DNA of 50,481 bases from Octopus bimaculoides (lineage: Eukaryota), in NCBI RefSeq assembly GCF_001194135.2, contig NC_068999.1, positions 8,131,211 through 8,181,691 of the forward strand, in the 5' to 3' direction. The translations under genes were made by a program, and so were the position numbers. Below, piece by piece: positions 34,679 to 48,249 of this stretch (position 1 is the first letter of the stretch; the number at the start of each line of letters is the position of its first letter). Under the pieces are notes generated by a model. It was not told the DNA's origin. It ran no database searches and saw only the letters and a list, made by a program, of their open reading frames with translations.

Positions 34679-37122
34679 GTAAGAAAACGTGTTCTTTATT
34701 TATTTAAAATTTCACCTTTCTCATTTATTTAAAAAAAAAAAAATTGATAAATAAAAAGAAAGAAAAGAAAAAAAATGCTTAATATTTAGACGTAGGATGT
34801 GTTTTCATTTTAGTTTACATGTCATGTTGGATTGTTTCTGTAAATCTCAAGTTATACCAATGTATTTTCCATTCCTCCTTTTTCTTATAAATTGACCAAT
34901 ATTAAATTCTTGACCCCTCGATGAAAGAATCGCTTTTGTGACCTGGACTTCCGCCGACCCATGTCTTCGACTCGCTTTTACAATTCCCTACTATTGATGT
35001 TATCTCACTTGAGTTTTAATATCTCATGTCCACGAGAAAGGCATGAACATCATACAATCTCACCGCCAAATTATTATATATATTTTCTTGGCTTTGTATC
35101 TATAAAATTAATTCAGTTCGATCAGCGCTGTAACACAGAGGTTTCCCAACTTCCGGGGCAATCCTGTAACCCGGTTTCGTTTCCCTGCTTAAAACAGTTT
35201 CGTTTGACTTACTCTTTGTAATATCACGAAAAGCATAAACGTCTCGTGACTTCATTCCTTTTTTTTACTCTATATTTGTACATAAATACATTATATTATT
35301 GTTTCTGATTTTTATAAATTTAAGTATTTCTTCGAGTTCCATTTAATAATGAATTAACTTCCGGCGTCCCTTCGATTCCCTCTGATAAAGTCATTGTATC
35401 ATCACGTTTTCCATTTGAGACAGGCATGGATATCCATTACACGGTCTCGTATTCCTTTCCTTGTGAGACATAAAACATAATATCTGTAAAGTGAAAGAGT
35501 TGATCATTCTTTATTAGATTGTTGAGTGCCGTAAAGCCAGAGATGGATACGTTCGGCAAAGGCCGAGCCCGCGACCCGGTTTCAATTCTCCAACCCTTGT
35601 ATGAAACCGGTTTGTTTTATTAACATTGGAAAACATCTCCAAAAATATCTTACCGAAATATCTACTCCTGAAATTACTGTGGTTCATTCCATTTACTGTT
35701 TATTAATTTTTTTTCACTCATTCTGATCATGTGCGTGCATGTACACACACACACATTCAAACTGTACACTATAAACAACATACTTGTCATGTTTTACGAT
35801 GTTCGTTACGGTTTGATTATGGAAAATATGTTGTTTGCATTCCACTCATACCCCAAACTCCCTCGTTAATCACATTTTGTTGTCTTAAACGTGGCAGGAC
35901 ACATTGGACAGTTACCTATATACGCTGTTTTAACGTAAAACTGGATGGTCACTGTTGAAATGCCCTTTATAATAGGTCAACCTGATCGGAGTTGGTCTGG
36001 GGCTAAACGATAACGGCCAGTATCTTATCAGGGTGTGATTTATCTGAGATTTAGCTATTGTTTCTTGCAGGTGGAAGGATTACATAAGTAATTGACATAT
36101 TGTTTATATTTTTTAAATATTATCTTGAAAACATTATAGCCGAAAAAAATAAATAGATGTGATAGTCGTAGGTGGAATGTCTCTATGTTTATAGGTCTAG
36201 TAGTCCAGGAGCTGATTTTCGGGCGAAATGACTACGACCGACATCGTATATGGTTGAGTGCAGGTTGTGTCGGTCCCGGAGAAGTAAAATTTAATGTAAG
36301 TCGGTTACCGGTGAAAATTGAACCTGAAACCGTGACACAAGCTGCTGCTGCTGTTTTTGATGTCTGTGTTGGGTCTTGTATCTTTCTTAAACAATAATTT
36401 ATATAAAATGAAAACAATAACAACAACAGGATTGCAACGACTAAATTATGAGTCGGAGGGGGACAGGGTGTTTCTCCGAGATCCAATGGGATCACTATCT
36501 TCTTGGTAGATATCGATTTATCATCAAACCATCCTTACAAAAACAACAGTCACGTGCTCTGTGATTTTTCATTTAGCGCACGTTGCCAGCATCCAGCAAA
36601 AGGGAAATGCATGAACGTCATAACTTCACAATTTGATTCCTTTCACATTTTAAAAGTGTCGAACCGATCTTTTTAAATGCTTTCTTTTCAATCACCGGAA
36701 CTTTCTCGATTAACCCAGCAGATTTTCTGTTTTTAATTCTCTATCCTGATGTAGTTTTTGCCCGTCTGATGATAAGCATCACATTCGTTTTCTTAAATGG
36801 TTTAAAATAACTGCCAAGCATCCATTTAGATAGACAACTGTTAATAGTTTTAATCCGGATAATGTCTTGTTTCTCTGGCCCTCGCTTTCTTTTAAAACGG
36901 ACTTCCGAGACCCCAGCAAGGTCAGCTTTTTGTCTTATATAAACCTAACAAGATTGATCGAACAAACATCAATAGTATCGATCTGATCCCTAATGGGAGT
37001 TGGCCTTTCGCCTGGTCAAGGAAATTATTGCTGTTTGCCTTTTTTCATCCTTTTGAGATCGATAAAATTCAAGTACCGGGTTTATTCATCCAAATCGACT
37101 TCGCCTTCTTCCCCCTTACCAA

Positions 37123-37171
<49 letters not shown>

Positions 37172-37694
37172 GGCAATATTCCAATGTATTTCTAAAACAT
37201 CATCGATATCATTATTATTATTATTTTCATTTTCCGTTATTGATTTTTTTTTCTACACCAGACTCAAGGTGAGAGATTTACAGGAAATAATAATAATAGT
37301 GGTGATGATCACAATAACATATAAGAAAGGGAGCGGGATATTGCGTGTAGATAACTCAGATATTTCCCAATGCAATTTAGTGAGAGGAAAATGGTTCCAG
37401 CTGGGAATTTAAACGGTTTGATTTGGCGAACTCGTTTCACCATGAGTGTCAATTATGTATTGTTAACGGTATGTTAGCCACAACATTCTCATTTCCCACA
37501 CCTTTCTCTACAAATCTGAACGATTGTCAAAGGATATTATCAACGTGTGTGTGTTTGTGTCTTCATGGCTAATCCGATAGATTTGTCTGGAAATGTGAAG
37601 TATGGAATAAAAGAACCCTGCTGTATTGAAACGTTTGTGTCTGTTGTCTTTATAATGAACGATGAAATTATTATTATTATTATTATTATTTCCA

Positions 37695-38210
37695 GCCTTT
37701 AACATTCCAAGTTCAAATCCCACTGAAATTAATTACGTCTTTCAACCAACTCCCTGGGGGGTCGATAAACTAAAGCAAAATTTCAAATAGAGGTCGATTA
37801 TATCAGTTAATACCACCACCAACACCATCGTCACCACCACCACAATCTAGAATTACTGGTCTTGTGTGTCTAAATTAATCATCATCATCATCGTCGTCAT
37901 ACTTCGCGGCTTTTACATTCTGAGTTCGAATGCTGCCCAGATCAGCTTTGCCATTTATATTTTCTGGGTCGGTAAAATAAAAAAGTATCGATCCAGTATG
38001 ATTGTGAATCGATATAATCGACTAATCCCATATCCTTCCTCGAAAATTGTTGGCCTTCGTTCTTATTTCCCGTCCCTTTTCGTTCTGAGCTCATATCATG
38101 CCGTGGGCAACTTTCTTTCATCCTCTCAAGATCGATAAAACGAAGTACCTATCGAGTACTGGGGTCGCCCTTATCGACTAACACCCTGCCGCCAATGCTA
38201 GAAACAATTA
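37695..38210 (+). mobile_element. Array of three degenerate SINE family B pieces
   Basis: Repeated GAGTTC.AAT...GGTCG.TAAAA...AATCGACT motifs. Confidence 0.7.
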
Positions 38211-38662
38211 TTAAAAGATTTATATGGCTTGTTACAACATATTTATATGACTTGAAAATTTAATGTAGATGAAAAAAAAACAAAAAAAGATCATAGGGCT
38301 GTGACGTATTTCCAATAAATTTCCTATATCAGTCGCACCAGATCTTCAGAATTTCGTCTTTTCATTATTCGTTGTACTATTCAAAGACGTTGTTTCTGTC
38401 TTTTGGGAATAAGCCAAGACAATTCTCCTCCTACCCTGTCTCACTTTCTCTCTCGTTTCTGATATATATAAGCGTGTGTATGTGTGTGTGTGTAGACACC
38501 TTGACCCAGCAGTAACTAACCAACGAAATCGAGGAGATTCCGAAACCAACGAAGGAAGACACTATACGCAAGTCGCTCGACCTTATACCATTATCAATAG
38601 CGGCTATACCCCACGCAAGTTCTATAATCTTAGATAAGGAAGGAAACTTTGGATAATGTAGT

Positions 38663-38706
<44 letters not shown>

Positions 38707-39096
38707 CCAGTGAACTTATTCGCTGGCCCTGAATATTAATTTACATATATATATATATATATGGGATGGATGGTCTCTATTGGAATCCCTTCGGTTACAA
38801 GCCTACTCGATCACGGTTAACCTTGGCCTAAACAACAACCACCGTTTATTTATCCACCTCTGCTTCCATATCCGATAATTCATCTTTCTCTAATCCATAA
38901 TCTGTTCGCTAACTGTCGGGTGAGATATATGTGAGAAAGAAAGAAAGAAAGGTAGAGTGAGAGAGGATGTGTGTGTAATAGAGTTAGGGTGTATATGTGG
39001 GTATGTGTACGAAAGAGTGTGTAAGGGAGTGCGTGTATTTGTGACAGACAATGTGAGAGTGTATGTATGTGTCACAGAGAGAACGAGCGAGTGTGT

Positions 39097-39140
<44 letters not shown>

Positions 39141-40220
39141 AATGTGTAGGAGAGAAAGAGATAGATAATGTAGAAGAATATGTGAACGAGAATTGGTGTG
39201 TATGAAAGACTTTATGAGTGTGTAAGTGTATGTATGTTTGAGAAAGAAAAGAAAAAACAGGTTGTGGAGTCTCGGTCCGTTCTTCCAGGTTACCTTAATT
39301 CATTTTTTTCTTTTACCACAACCACCTCTGTCGCATTTTTATTAATAATGTTGAGTGTGTGGTCTTTTGGATTCACTTGCAATATGACAATTATTTCTAT
39401 TAATGCTTTCTTATAACTGCAGTTAGGTAGGGAGCAGGATTAATTAAAACAAAAACCAGAAAAACACAACAATTAATGATTGCTAAAAGAAACACATTTT
39501 ATACATATATATGATGTTCAATGCTGTCTAACCCCGGACTAGTTCCGATCCAGCATCTCTAGGGTCCAAAGTTTTCCTATCGTGATCATCGGGTATATTT
39601 TAGACATAATTTATATAAGGGCTACATCACTGGAATCGATGTTCATTTTTTCTTATTTTAATTAGAGGGTATGATTTGTACGAGATTTTTGCTGCTATTT
39701 TTAGCAGCTCGAGCGACCAGGTCTCTCTTTCCTCGACCTATCGGGGCTTTTTCATTTATGCGATGTACGAGATTTTGCTGCTATTTTAGGCAGATCGAGC
39801 GAACAGATCCTTCCTCCTTCGTATATACAAGCTAGGTGCATGTGTGTGTGTGTTTATGAGAATTCGTTCTATTTTTAGCAGATGTAGCTACCAGATCCTT
39901 CTATCCTCCGCTTATCGAGGTTCCCTCGTATGCGAAGTGTGTGTACGTGTGTAAATCGATTAATTCGAATACACAACCAGTATTTGACTGGGATATATAT
40001 TATATATAATCGATCCTCGAATGGATAAGAAAAAAAAGAAAAAAGAAAAATCTGCGACCCTGGCGGCAATTTGAACAGCAATCGTTTGTGATAATAAAAG
40101 ATGTGAGGAGGAGAGAAAACAATTATTTCCTCCGTAATAATAGGAAGAAGTCGTGTTTTGAGATGTATTAAGAGCTCAACTAAAAGGATAATAATTTATT
40201 TCGACATAGACGAGTTAGAG

Positions 40221-40491
40221 CACAGGTTCTTAAACATTTTTTCCCATTCGATTCCAATTTTACCCTGCATACCCTTCCATAGGCATTCGATATGTATATA
40301 TATATAAAAAAAAAAAAACTCATCCTACTGCATTTTTGTAATTAAATATTATTAGAAATTGTATTAAAGAAATTGAAATATCGATATTTTGTGTAGTGTA
40401 GAAGTATGGGCGATTTATTGCAGATGAATTTTAACGGCAAAATCTGTTATTCGAGCGCAAGAGTCTTATGGACCTTCGTTGAGAACCACTG
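40221..40491. mobile_element. Possible old hAT/Charlie-type MITE
   Basis: The right end GTTGAGAACCACTG and left end CACAGGTTCTTAAAC resemble a CAGTGGTTCTCAAC TIR. No 8-bp TSD is seen. Confidence 0.35.
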
Positions 40492-40534
40492 GATTTCAGC
40501 TTAGAAAAACACCCCGCGGTATTATATATTACAG

Positions 40535-41070
40535 GTGTGTGATCTGAGTTCAACTTTGCCGTTTGTCCTCTCGGGATCGAGAAAATAAAGTACCTGCGAA
40601 ATTAGTTTTGTCTTCCGTCGTTCGCGGTCGATAAAATTAAGTACCTGTCAAGTACGGTACTTGTGCCGTCTCTTTACGATCTTAGTGAAAATCCCGCAGA
40701 ATTCAGCTTTGCATTTTATTCTTTTTGGGATCGATAAAATAAGAAGTACCAGATAAAAACTGGAGGATCGTTACTATCGACTGACCACTTCCCCTCAGAT
40801 GTTGCTGGCCTTGTAGTGATATCAGAAATAATCATTGTTATGGTGAAAGCTGCGAGCTGGTAGAATCATTAACGTGTCGGACAAAAATGCTTAGCGGCAT
40901 TTCGTCCGTCCTTGCGTTCTGAGTTCAAATTCTGCCGAGGTCTACTTTACCTGTCATCTTTTCAGAGACGATGAAATAATGACCAATTGAGCACTGGGGT
41001 CGATGTAATCGACTTACCGTTTTCCCTACCAAATTTCATGCCTTGTGCCTATAGTGGAAATAATTATCAT
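40535..41070 (+). mobile_element. Array of about four SINE family B pieces
   Basis: Repeated G.TCGA.AAAA.AAGTACC motifs, with a full copy at about 40845-41070. Confidence 0.75.
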
Positions 41071-42110
41071 CAGGATGTTGGTTTAGCTACCTACCGCCAG
41101 ATCAGCTGTGATGTTCACAACCACCCCTATATTTTATCTTTTGTGTGTGTGTGTGAGACTTTGTTATCTTATGTGTGCTTCTCTTTCGAGTAGGCTTGGT
41201 GCGATTTGAAATAGATCTGACTATTATTTCTAGCAGTTCGAGCGGCATCCACATAGGCTCTTTTCGATGGCTCGAAAGGTTTGTCTGTTAATAGTTGTGT
41301 GTGTGTATGTTTATTCAGACAGTAGGTGTGATTTGATTTGAGTTGGGTTTGACTACTATATTTGGCACGTCGGACTGCACCTTCGTGCGGATTCTCTTGT
41401 TGGTTCGAAAGCTAAGTCTACTTTATTGTGTTCTTCCTTTTATTTTTCTCTCGAAGACGATCGATGTGAGTCTAGGGAGATTTGGCTGTTATTTCTAGCA
41501 GGTAGGCCTAAACAACCACGAAACCGCTAAGATGCTTCATTGATAGTGATGGGAAGTGAGACCAAGTCTAATACCTCCACCTCTCTCTCTCTCTCTCTTT
41601 CCTTTACCTCCTTCTCCCTTTTTTCTCTCTCCCTCTCCGTCGAAACGTAAGTTCCGCACGCACACGCGCACACACGCACGTGTTTCTTTCCTCTCTCTAT
41701 CGATAGATTCTGAGTTCTTATCTCGCCATGGAAACTTCAACATACTTGACTATTTTTTGTTTTTAGTCGACAGCTGACAAACACGCATACGTATATGACA
41801 TGCATGTTTGCATGCTTGCAGGCCATCACCTCGTCTACACCTGACAGTAATTAAATCCAATATAAATACATCATTGATTACCAAATGGAAACGTCAATTA
41901 GTTTAATAAACTAGTTATTACCTTCCCTGGTGGTTAATATTACTAGTTATCACATATATATATATATATATATATATAGATTGGTATCATGTGCTAACCG
42001 TATCAATATACGTACACGCACGCAGATACACACATACTAATGTGTGTGTACATTTATACACAGACATACACACACGCATTAATGTGTGTGTACATTTATA
42101 CACCCACATA

Positions 42111-42260
42111 CGTTCTGAGTTCAAATTCCGCCGAGGCCGACTTTGCCTTTCATCCTTTCAGGGTCGATTAAATAAGTACCAGTTACGCACTGGGGTCGAT
42201 ATAGTCGACTTAATCCGTTTGTCTGTCCTTGTTTGTCCCCTCTGTGTGTAGCCCCTTGTA
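42111..42260 (+). mobile_element. SINE family B, 3' part
   Basis: Nearly identical to 9561-9714. Confidence 0.88.
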
Positions 42261-43149
42261 TGTGTGTAGCACACATACATATATATATAAACGTGTGTGT
42301 GTATGTATGTATTATATACTCACGCACATGTATGTATATATAATTATGGTTTTAGAGGGAAACATGCGGGTGCGCGTGATTGTTGTGCAGCCATTTAATA
42401 AGACACTGTCTATCGTTTTAGGTTGGATGTATACATACAGACGTGTGTGTGTGTGTAGATATACATATGTTTGTGCCTATGTAATACGATATGTAAATAT
42501 TCACGCATATGTGTTATATATATATGTATTACAGACACCTATACGCACAAATTGGAGGTGAGAGAAGTATTTTAATTGCAAGTAGTCCGTTTATTTCATA
42601 CAGTTGTTCAAAGCGGAACTCCAAAGTAGGAACAGGGAGAAACCTCAGCATTCAATGTTTTCTGTGTCTGTTTATTTAAAATATTTTTACAAATATATAT
42701 CACATATCATTCGTCCGTCTCTCTGCTTTCATTGCTCTCTCTCTCTCTCTCTCTCTCTCCCCTCTCATTGCTCTTTCTCACTCTCTCTTCTCACTATCTG
42801 TCTCCTGTCTGTCTTCACCGTTTTAAACTCACAACTTTCTCTTCTTCCTCTCCCTCCCTCCCTCTATATTTTTTAAACACCCTGTTCTCGCTTTTTCTCT
42901 CTCTCTCCTTGTTTTCAAACCCATATCGTTCTCTCTCTCTCTCTCTCTCCCCCTCTCTCTCCTTTCTAGCTCTATACTCGTCTCCTTATCAACCATTGAC
43001 TTTATAGTTAGTTACTTGATGCTCACCCATTGAACAATCGTAGTTGCTTTTTTTCTTTATCATTTATTCATTGTAAAGTACATACCTGTTGCTGTCTATT
43101 TTTAGTCACTGAAAAATCCCAACTCTTTTTAAAAATATGCTTACAATAC

Positions 43150-44132
43150 AGGCATGGCTGTGTGGTAGGAAGCTTGCTTCCCAACCACATGGTCCTGGGT
43201 TCAATCCGACTGCTTGGAAACTGGGAAGCCAGCCCTTATGAGTCAGCATGACTCGAGAGTGTAACCTTACCTTTACCTTTTAATGGGTTATTAGGAATAA
43301 TTATTAATACGGTGGGTGTCAGTTCTTGTGCCCCTTTTCACAAAACCTGAGATAAGAGGGCTCTAAAAACTTTGCAGGGAGCCTTAATTACATGTACACT
43401 CAAGGGGTCATGAGACACAGACTCCTACATGTTAGTGCAGGTGTGGGTGGGTGAGATTAAGAAGCCTGCTTCCCTACCATGTGGTCTTGTGTTCAGTCCC
43501 ACTGCATTGCACCTTGGGCGAGTATCTTCTGCTTAAGCTTCGGCCCAACCAATACTTTGTGAGTAGATTCCCTGAACGGAAACTATGAGACACCTATCGT
43601 GTGTGTGTGTGTGTGTGTACATATGTGTGTACATATATACATGTGTGTGGATGAGTGTGTACATATATACATATATGTGTGTGGGTATGTACATATATAC
43701 ATATGTGTGTGTGGGTATGTACATATATACATATATATGTGTGTATGTACATATATATACATGTTTGTATGTGTATACATATATGTATAGTCCCACTGCG
43801 TAGCACCTTGGGCAAGTGTCTTCTACTATAGCCTCGGGCCGACCAAAGCCTTGTGAGTAGATTTGGTAGACGGAAACTGGAAGAAGCCCATCGTATATAT
43901 ATATGTATATATATATGTATGTGTGTTTGTATGTCTGTGTTTGTCCCCCCCACCATCGCTTGACAACCGATGCTGGTGTGTTTACGTCCCCGTATCTTAG
44001 CGGTTCAGCAAAAAGAGACCGATAGAATAAGTACTAGGCTTACAAAGAATAAGTCCTGGGGTTGATTTTCTCGACTAAAGGCAGTGCTCCAGCATGGCCA
44101 CAGTAAAAAAAGACTGAAAACAAGTAAAAGAG
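43150..44132 (+). mobile_element. Cluster of three SINE family A pieces (about 43150-43230, 43440-43600, 43789-44132)
   Basis: Two head fragments and one headless, otherwise complete copy, all on +. Confidence 0.85.
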
Positions 44133-45307
44133 TATGTATGTGTGTGTGTGTATGTATATGTGTGTATGGATGTGTGTGTCTGTGTGTATTCTTGTCTAGA
44201 TATTACATGATGGCTGTAAATAAGCATCAGTGAGGTTGTCTGTTCTGTTTCCAATTTTCTGTGAAAAACCATTTCTAGCAATGGGGTGGGTGGGGAGATG
44301 TTACTAGGTTGAAGTCTGTAAAACGTTAGAGAAAGAAACCCAGCTGTTCCCTGCAATACAAACCAATACATACATCTAAAGCAAGATTTTTTTTTTTCAG
44401 AGGTCCTTAAAATACTACTTTGGATCCCTAATTTACTATTTTGTTGCACGGACCCCCAAAAATTTTATATGATCCCCGGTTGAGCACCATTACATTTGAG
44501 GAAACAGAAACAGGGTTTTTTTTAATATTTTTCAGTATGAACTGAAATGCTAAACCAAAGACTAAGGACAAGAAGACAATACTTAAGAGCTAATTAATTA
44601 GCTGTAATAATTGTTTAGGTGTGGGGTACTGGTGGTGTTGGTGGTGGTGAAGTTAAACAGCAAATTGCAAGTCTTCACTTAGTTATAATTAACAACAACA
44701 GCATGTTCTCTTGAAGCCAAAATATTGACTGAAGAGAGAAGATATCAGAGGAGATGAAAGAGAAAAAGAGAGAGAATGAGATGGGAGCGAGAAAGACAGG
44801 AGTGGAGGAACAAACATGCATTCCATGATCAAAGTACAATGGAGAAAAATTTGACACACTAAATTGTTTTTAGAACAACTTAGAAGTTTTATCTAGAGGC
44901 AAAGAAACCTCAGTTGTATTTCCGTGTGCTCTGAAGAGCTAAAGACCCCCCAAAAAAAGAAATAATCTTAACACTTAACTGATTGGTTTATAATAATTGT
45001 CGATGAGGGAAGTTAAACAACAGATTGGAAGTTTTCGTTTAGCTTGCATTAATGATAAACGACGACAATAACAACATCGTTGTTGTTGTTGTTGTTTCCT
45101 TGAAGTCAAAAGAGTAAACTGAATGGGGAAGATATGGGAGAGGAAAAGAGTGATGTTAGAGAGAGATGGAGAGAGAGGATGGAAGAAGAGAGTGAGAAGG
45201 AGCGAAGAGAAGAACACATGACAAGACCAAGTTACAAGATATATAACTCTTGTCAAATGTGTTGCATGTCAGTTTCATTTGTCCACTAACTCATGGATTC
45301 ATGAGCC

Positions 45308-45960
45308 ATCATCATCATTGTTTAATGTCCTCCTTCCATGCTGGTCTGGGTTGGATGGTTTGACAGGAGCTGGCCAGGCGGGAGCTTCTGAGTGTCTTTT
45401 GGCATGGTTTTTACAGCTGAATGCCCTTCCAAATGCCAACCACTCCATAGAGTGGGCTGAGTGCTTTCTACATGGCATTCACACAAGCAAGGTCAGTTTT
45501 GGTATAGCTTTTACAGCTGGATGCCCTTCCAAATGCCAACCACTCTGTAGAGTGGGCTGAGTGCTTTCTACATGGCATTCACACAAGCAAGGTCAGTTTT
45601 GGTATAGCTTTTACAGCTGGATGCCCTTCCAAATGCCAACCACTCCGTACAATGGGCTGACTGCTTTTTTAAGAGTGGAACCTGCACTGGTGGAGTCACC
45701 AAGTGACTTTGCAAGACAAAGAGTCTATGAGAGGGGAAAGGCAATTGGCGGAGGTGATCTTGTGTCAGACGATGAAAGATTAGAGTGTGACCGAGAGGCA
45801 GAAACAGGTGTCTTGCTGTAGAGGAGGTCCGTGGTTACCCAGCCAGAGAGAGTGAGAGTTAACTAGAATGAGGGCAGAAACAGTTACCTAGAGAGACAGT
45901 GGGGGTTAACAAGAGGTGTGCTGCTGTAAAGAGATATATGGTTACCTGGCCAGAGGAAGG
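45308..45960 (-). mobile_element. SINE family C-related element with internal tandem duplication
   Basis: TACAGCTGGATGCCCTTCC.AATGCCAACCA is the reverse complement of the family C core, with a (CAT)n tail at the left end. Confidence 0.7.
45408..45657. repeat. 100-bp tandem repeat, about 2.5 copies
   Basis: TTACAGCTG recurs at 45411, 45511 and 45611 with near-identical intervening sequence. Confidence 0.92.
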
Positions 45961-46117
45961 AGGGAAAGAGAGTGATATATATATATATATATATATATTT
46001 TACTGTGGCCAATCTAAATAATGATATTGATAGCATTTAATATGTACATTTCAGATTATGATGTAATATAGAAAATACAAGCCCTTATGTAAACTCTTTC
46101 TCAGTCAATACATTTCG

Positions 46118-46265
46118 GGCTTCCATCCAGTTTCCATCTACTAAATTTGAATCATAAGGAATTGTTTGGCCCAGCACTAGGAAACACTTGCCCAATGTGC
46201 TGTGCAGTGGGACTGAACCCAGAGCTACATAGTTGAAAATTGAGCTTTTTAACCACACAGCTATG
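46118..46265 (-). mobile_element. SINE family A head fragment
   Basis: CACTTGCCCAATGTGCTGTGCAGTGGGACTGAACCC is the reverse complement of the family A head. Confidence 0.8.
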
Positions 46266-46472
46266 CGAAAAGAGAAAAATATAAAAAATAAAACTCCTCT
46301 GTTCAGTATTTGCTTCAAGCCAAGTTGTATAAATTAATCCATTGTCATTCTCTTCACCAGAATTGGAAATGTAGTGTAGTAACAGGCTCGTTAAGAAACA
46401 CAATCAACAAGGATGTTGTTCAGGAAATAAGATATTTTTTAAAAAACAAAAAGAAAAAAATTTAGTTTGGTC

Positions 46473-46634
46473 AGGTATGGCTATGTGGTTAAGAAACCTG
46501 CTTTACAACCATACGGGTTTAGGATTCAGTTCCACTGCATGGCACCTTGACTAAGTGTATTCTACTATAGCTTTGCATCAAACCATGCTTTGTGAGGGGA
46601 TTTGGGGGACAGAAACTGTGTGGAATCTCTTTGT

Positions 46635-46635
<1 letters not shown>
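46473..46635 (+). mobile_element. SINE family A head fragment (diverged)
   Basis: GGCTATGTGGTTAAG...GGATTCAGTTCCACTGCATGGCACCTTG...CTACTATAGC. Confidence 0.8.
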
Positions 46636-46701
<66 letters not shown>

Positions 46702-46799
46702 ATATGTGTGTGTGTGTGTGTGTATACATGTGTGTGTTTGTGTATACATACATGTGCGTGTGAATACATACATACATACACATATAAATATATATACAT

Positions 46800-46854
<55 letters not shown>

Positions 46855-47297
46855 TGNNNNNNNNNNNNNNNNNNNNNNNNNNNNNNNNNNNNNNNNNNNN
46901 NNNNNNNNNNNNNNNNNNNNNNNNNNNNNNNNNNNNNNNNNNNNNNNNNNNNNNNNNNNNNNNNNNNNNNNNNNNNNNNNNNNNNNNNNNNNNNNNNNNN
47001 NNNNNNNNNNNNNNNNNNNNNNNNNNNNNNNNNNNNNNNNNNNNNNNNNNNNNNNNNNNNNNNNNNNNNNNNNNNNNNNNNNNNNNNNNNNNNNNNNNNN
47101 NNNNNNNNNNNNNNNNNNNNNNNNNNNNNNNNNNNNNNNNNNNNNNNNNNNNNNNNNNNNNNNNNNNNNNNNNNNNNNNNNNNNNNNNNNNNNNNNNNNN
47201 NNNNNNNNNNNNNNNNNNNNNNNNNNNNNNNNNNNNNNNNNNNNNNNNNNNNNNNNNNNNNNNNNNNNNNNNNNNNNNNNNNNNNNNNNNNNNNNNN

Positions 47298-47349
<52 letters not shown>

Positions 47350-47845
47350 TGCTCGCATGCATGCACAATCACATACACACACACACACACACACACATGT
47401 GTATATATATGTATGTATGTATGAATGTATATAATCATAAGAAAGAATGGAGAATTCTAGATCTTCAAAACCTGTTTATTACAGTATTGTTCACAATGCA
47501 TTCACATGGAATTTCCGTTCATCAGAACACATAAGCAACAGAAACACGTGTCAGGTGGAAATTTAACATGAATGTGTTATGAATAATACTGTAAATAAAC
47601 AGGTTTTCAGGATGTATTATTCTACATTGTCTTTTTTATGGATGTATTGAATATTTGTGTGTTGTATAAAATCCAAGGAAGTGAAATTGGGATTTATTTG
47701 TTGTGTAACACGCAGTGTAAATTGTTTATGTTAAACAATGTTATGTGTTCTTTATCATTTGATTTGGTTAACAAGAACCTAGTTCATATCAGAATACTGG
47801 TCAGGTAACTGCCCAGATTCCAAATTCTTATTCTTTTACATTATA

Positions 47846-48249
47846 GGCACAGGAGTGGCTGTGTGGTAAGTAGCTTGCCTACCAACCACACGGTTCTGGG
47901 TTCAGTCCCACAGCGTGGCACCTTGGGCAAGCGTCTTCTACTATTGCTTTGGGCCGACCAAAGCCTTGTGAGTGGATTTGGTAGATGGAAACTGAAAGAA
48001 GCCCATCATGTGTATATATGTGTGTGTGTGTGTGTGTATGATTGTGTGTCTGTTTGTCCCCCCACCATCACTTAACAACCGATGCTGGTGTGTTTACATC
48101 CCCGTAACTTAGTGGTTTGGCAAAACTGACCGATAGAATAAGTACTAGGCTTACAAAGAATAAGTCCTGGGGTTGATTTGTTCGACTAAAAGGTGGTGCT
48201 CCAGCATGGCCGCAGTCAAATGACTGAAACAAGTAAAAGAATAAAAGAA
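47846..48249 (+). mobile_element. SINE family A, full length
   Basis: Complete head-to-tail match to other copies in the window. Confidence 0.92.

Noticed and set aside
36071-36091. Acceptor TTTCTTGCAG|GTG as NUDT3-like exon 2
   Set aside because: It reads VEGLHK* rather than VLLV, and the acceptor is part of a dispersed repeat motif.
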